Origin: Candidatus Bathyarchaeota archaeon
GTDB taxonomy: Archaea; Thermoproteota; Bathyarchaeia; TCS64
NCBI GenBank assembly: GCA_043826455.1
Contig: JBDRQD010000011.1
Span: 1-14,500, forward strand
Reading direction: 5' to 3'
DNA: 14,500 nt
Shown here: piece after piece, positions 14,180 to 14,500 of the stretch
Position numbering within the stretch: position 1 is the first letter of the stretch
Layout: every line of letters starts with the position of its first letter
The notes under the pieces: model-generated
The model's input: the letters and a program-made list of their open reading frames with translations, nothing else
Database searches by the model: none
What the model was told of the DNA's origin: nothing
Program-made: the position numbers and the translations under genes

Positions 14180-14500
14180 ACGCAGGCAGACGAGCCACGA
14201 CACGAGGCCCTCAAGCTCAGGAGAACTCAGCCCCTGACCGCAGCGGGCCTCGTCCAGGCCGCATGCATGGACGGCACCGACCTCCCAGCGTGGAGCAGCA
14301 GGGACCCCCACGACACCCTGAGAGGCCTGGGAGACCCCGACGCAAGGGTAGGCCGAGGCAAGAAGGGCTTCAGCTTCGGCTACCAGTCGCTGTTCCTCGT
14401 GGACATCGAGGGCTTCCCCCCCTCGGACACATAGAGGCGCCTCTGAACGTGAACGAGAAGCAGCTGGTGGAGGAGCTTCTCCTCAAAGTGCTGGGCGAGT
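14180..14500 (+). pseudogene. 5'-truncated, frameshifted IS5/IS4-like DDE transposase fragment (continues beyond window)
   Basis: One frame gives ACMDGTDLPAWS...GDPDARVGRGKKGFSFGYQSLFLVDIEGFP. A frameshift in the C7 run (14416-14422) leads to LGHIEAPLNVNEKQLVEELL. The DGT, DPDA and FGY motifs are typical of DDE_Tnp_1 transposases. No start is seen after TAA 14177-14179. Confidence 0.75.

Overview
Archaeal-looking DNA (possibly Bathyarchaeia; inference only) in two parts. (1) 1..~9930 is the GC-rich right-hand part of a probable integrated virus or mobile element, with tightly overlapping + strand genes. In order: a truncated membrane protein; a 137-aa unknown; a 1730-aa polyvalent-type protein; a small HExxE protein; a ParB/Srx-like protein; an FtsK/HerA-class P-loop ATPase with C-terminal HTH; a catalytic-domain-only tyrosine recombinase; and micro-ORFs followed by a palindrome-rich spacer. 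The large protein carries a zincin HExxH peptidase, repeated modules, an archaeal RPA-N-terminus-like segment and a full-size PCNA-like clamp at its C-terminus. The most striking observation is that three consecutive, otherwise unrelated proteins start with the same Arg-rich ~25-aa leader (R-P-R-R-D-[KT]-G-x-G-[IV]-x-x-P-[ST]-R-S), just upstream of the ATPase. This suggests a tag-directed cargo packaging or delivery system. (2) ~9940..14500 is host or IS-rich DNA: an ISH6-like transposase remnant, a 558-aa GT-C-like membrane protein (minus strand), and a complete IS200/IS605 element (12594..14142, predicted TAM TTAC). That element has a nonsense-inactivated tnpA and a very compact, catalytically intact tnpB missed by the ORF track because it has no stop codon; the frame reads on into a frameshifted IS5-like transposase remnant. 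All family calls come from motif recognition by eye; no searches were run.
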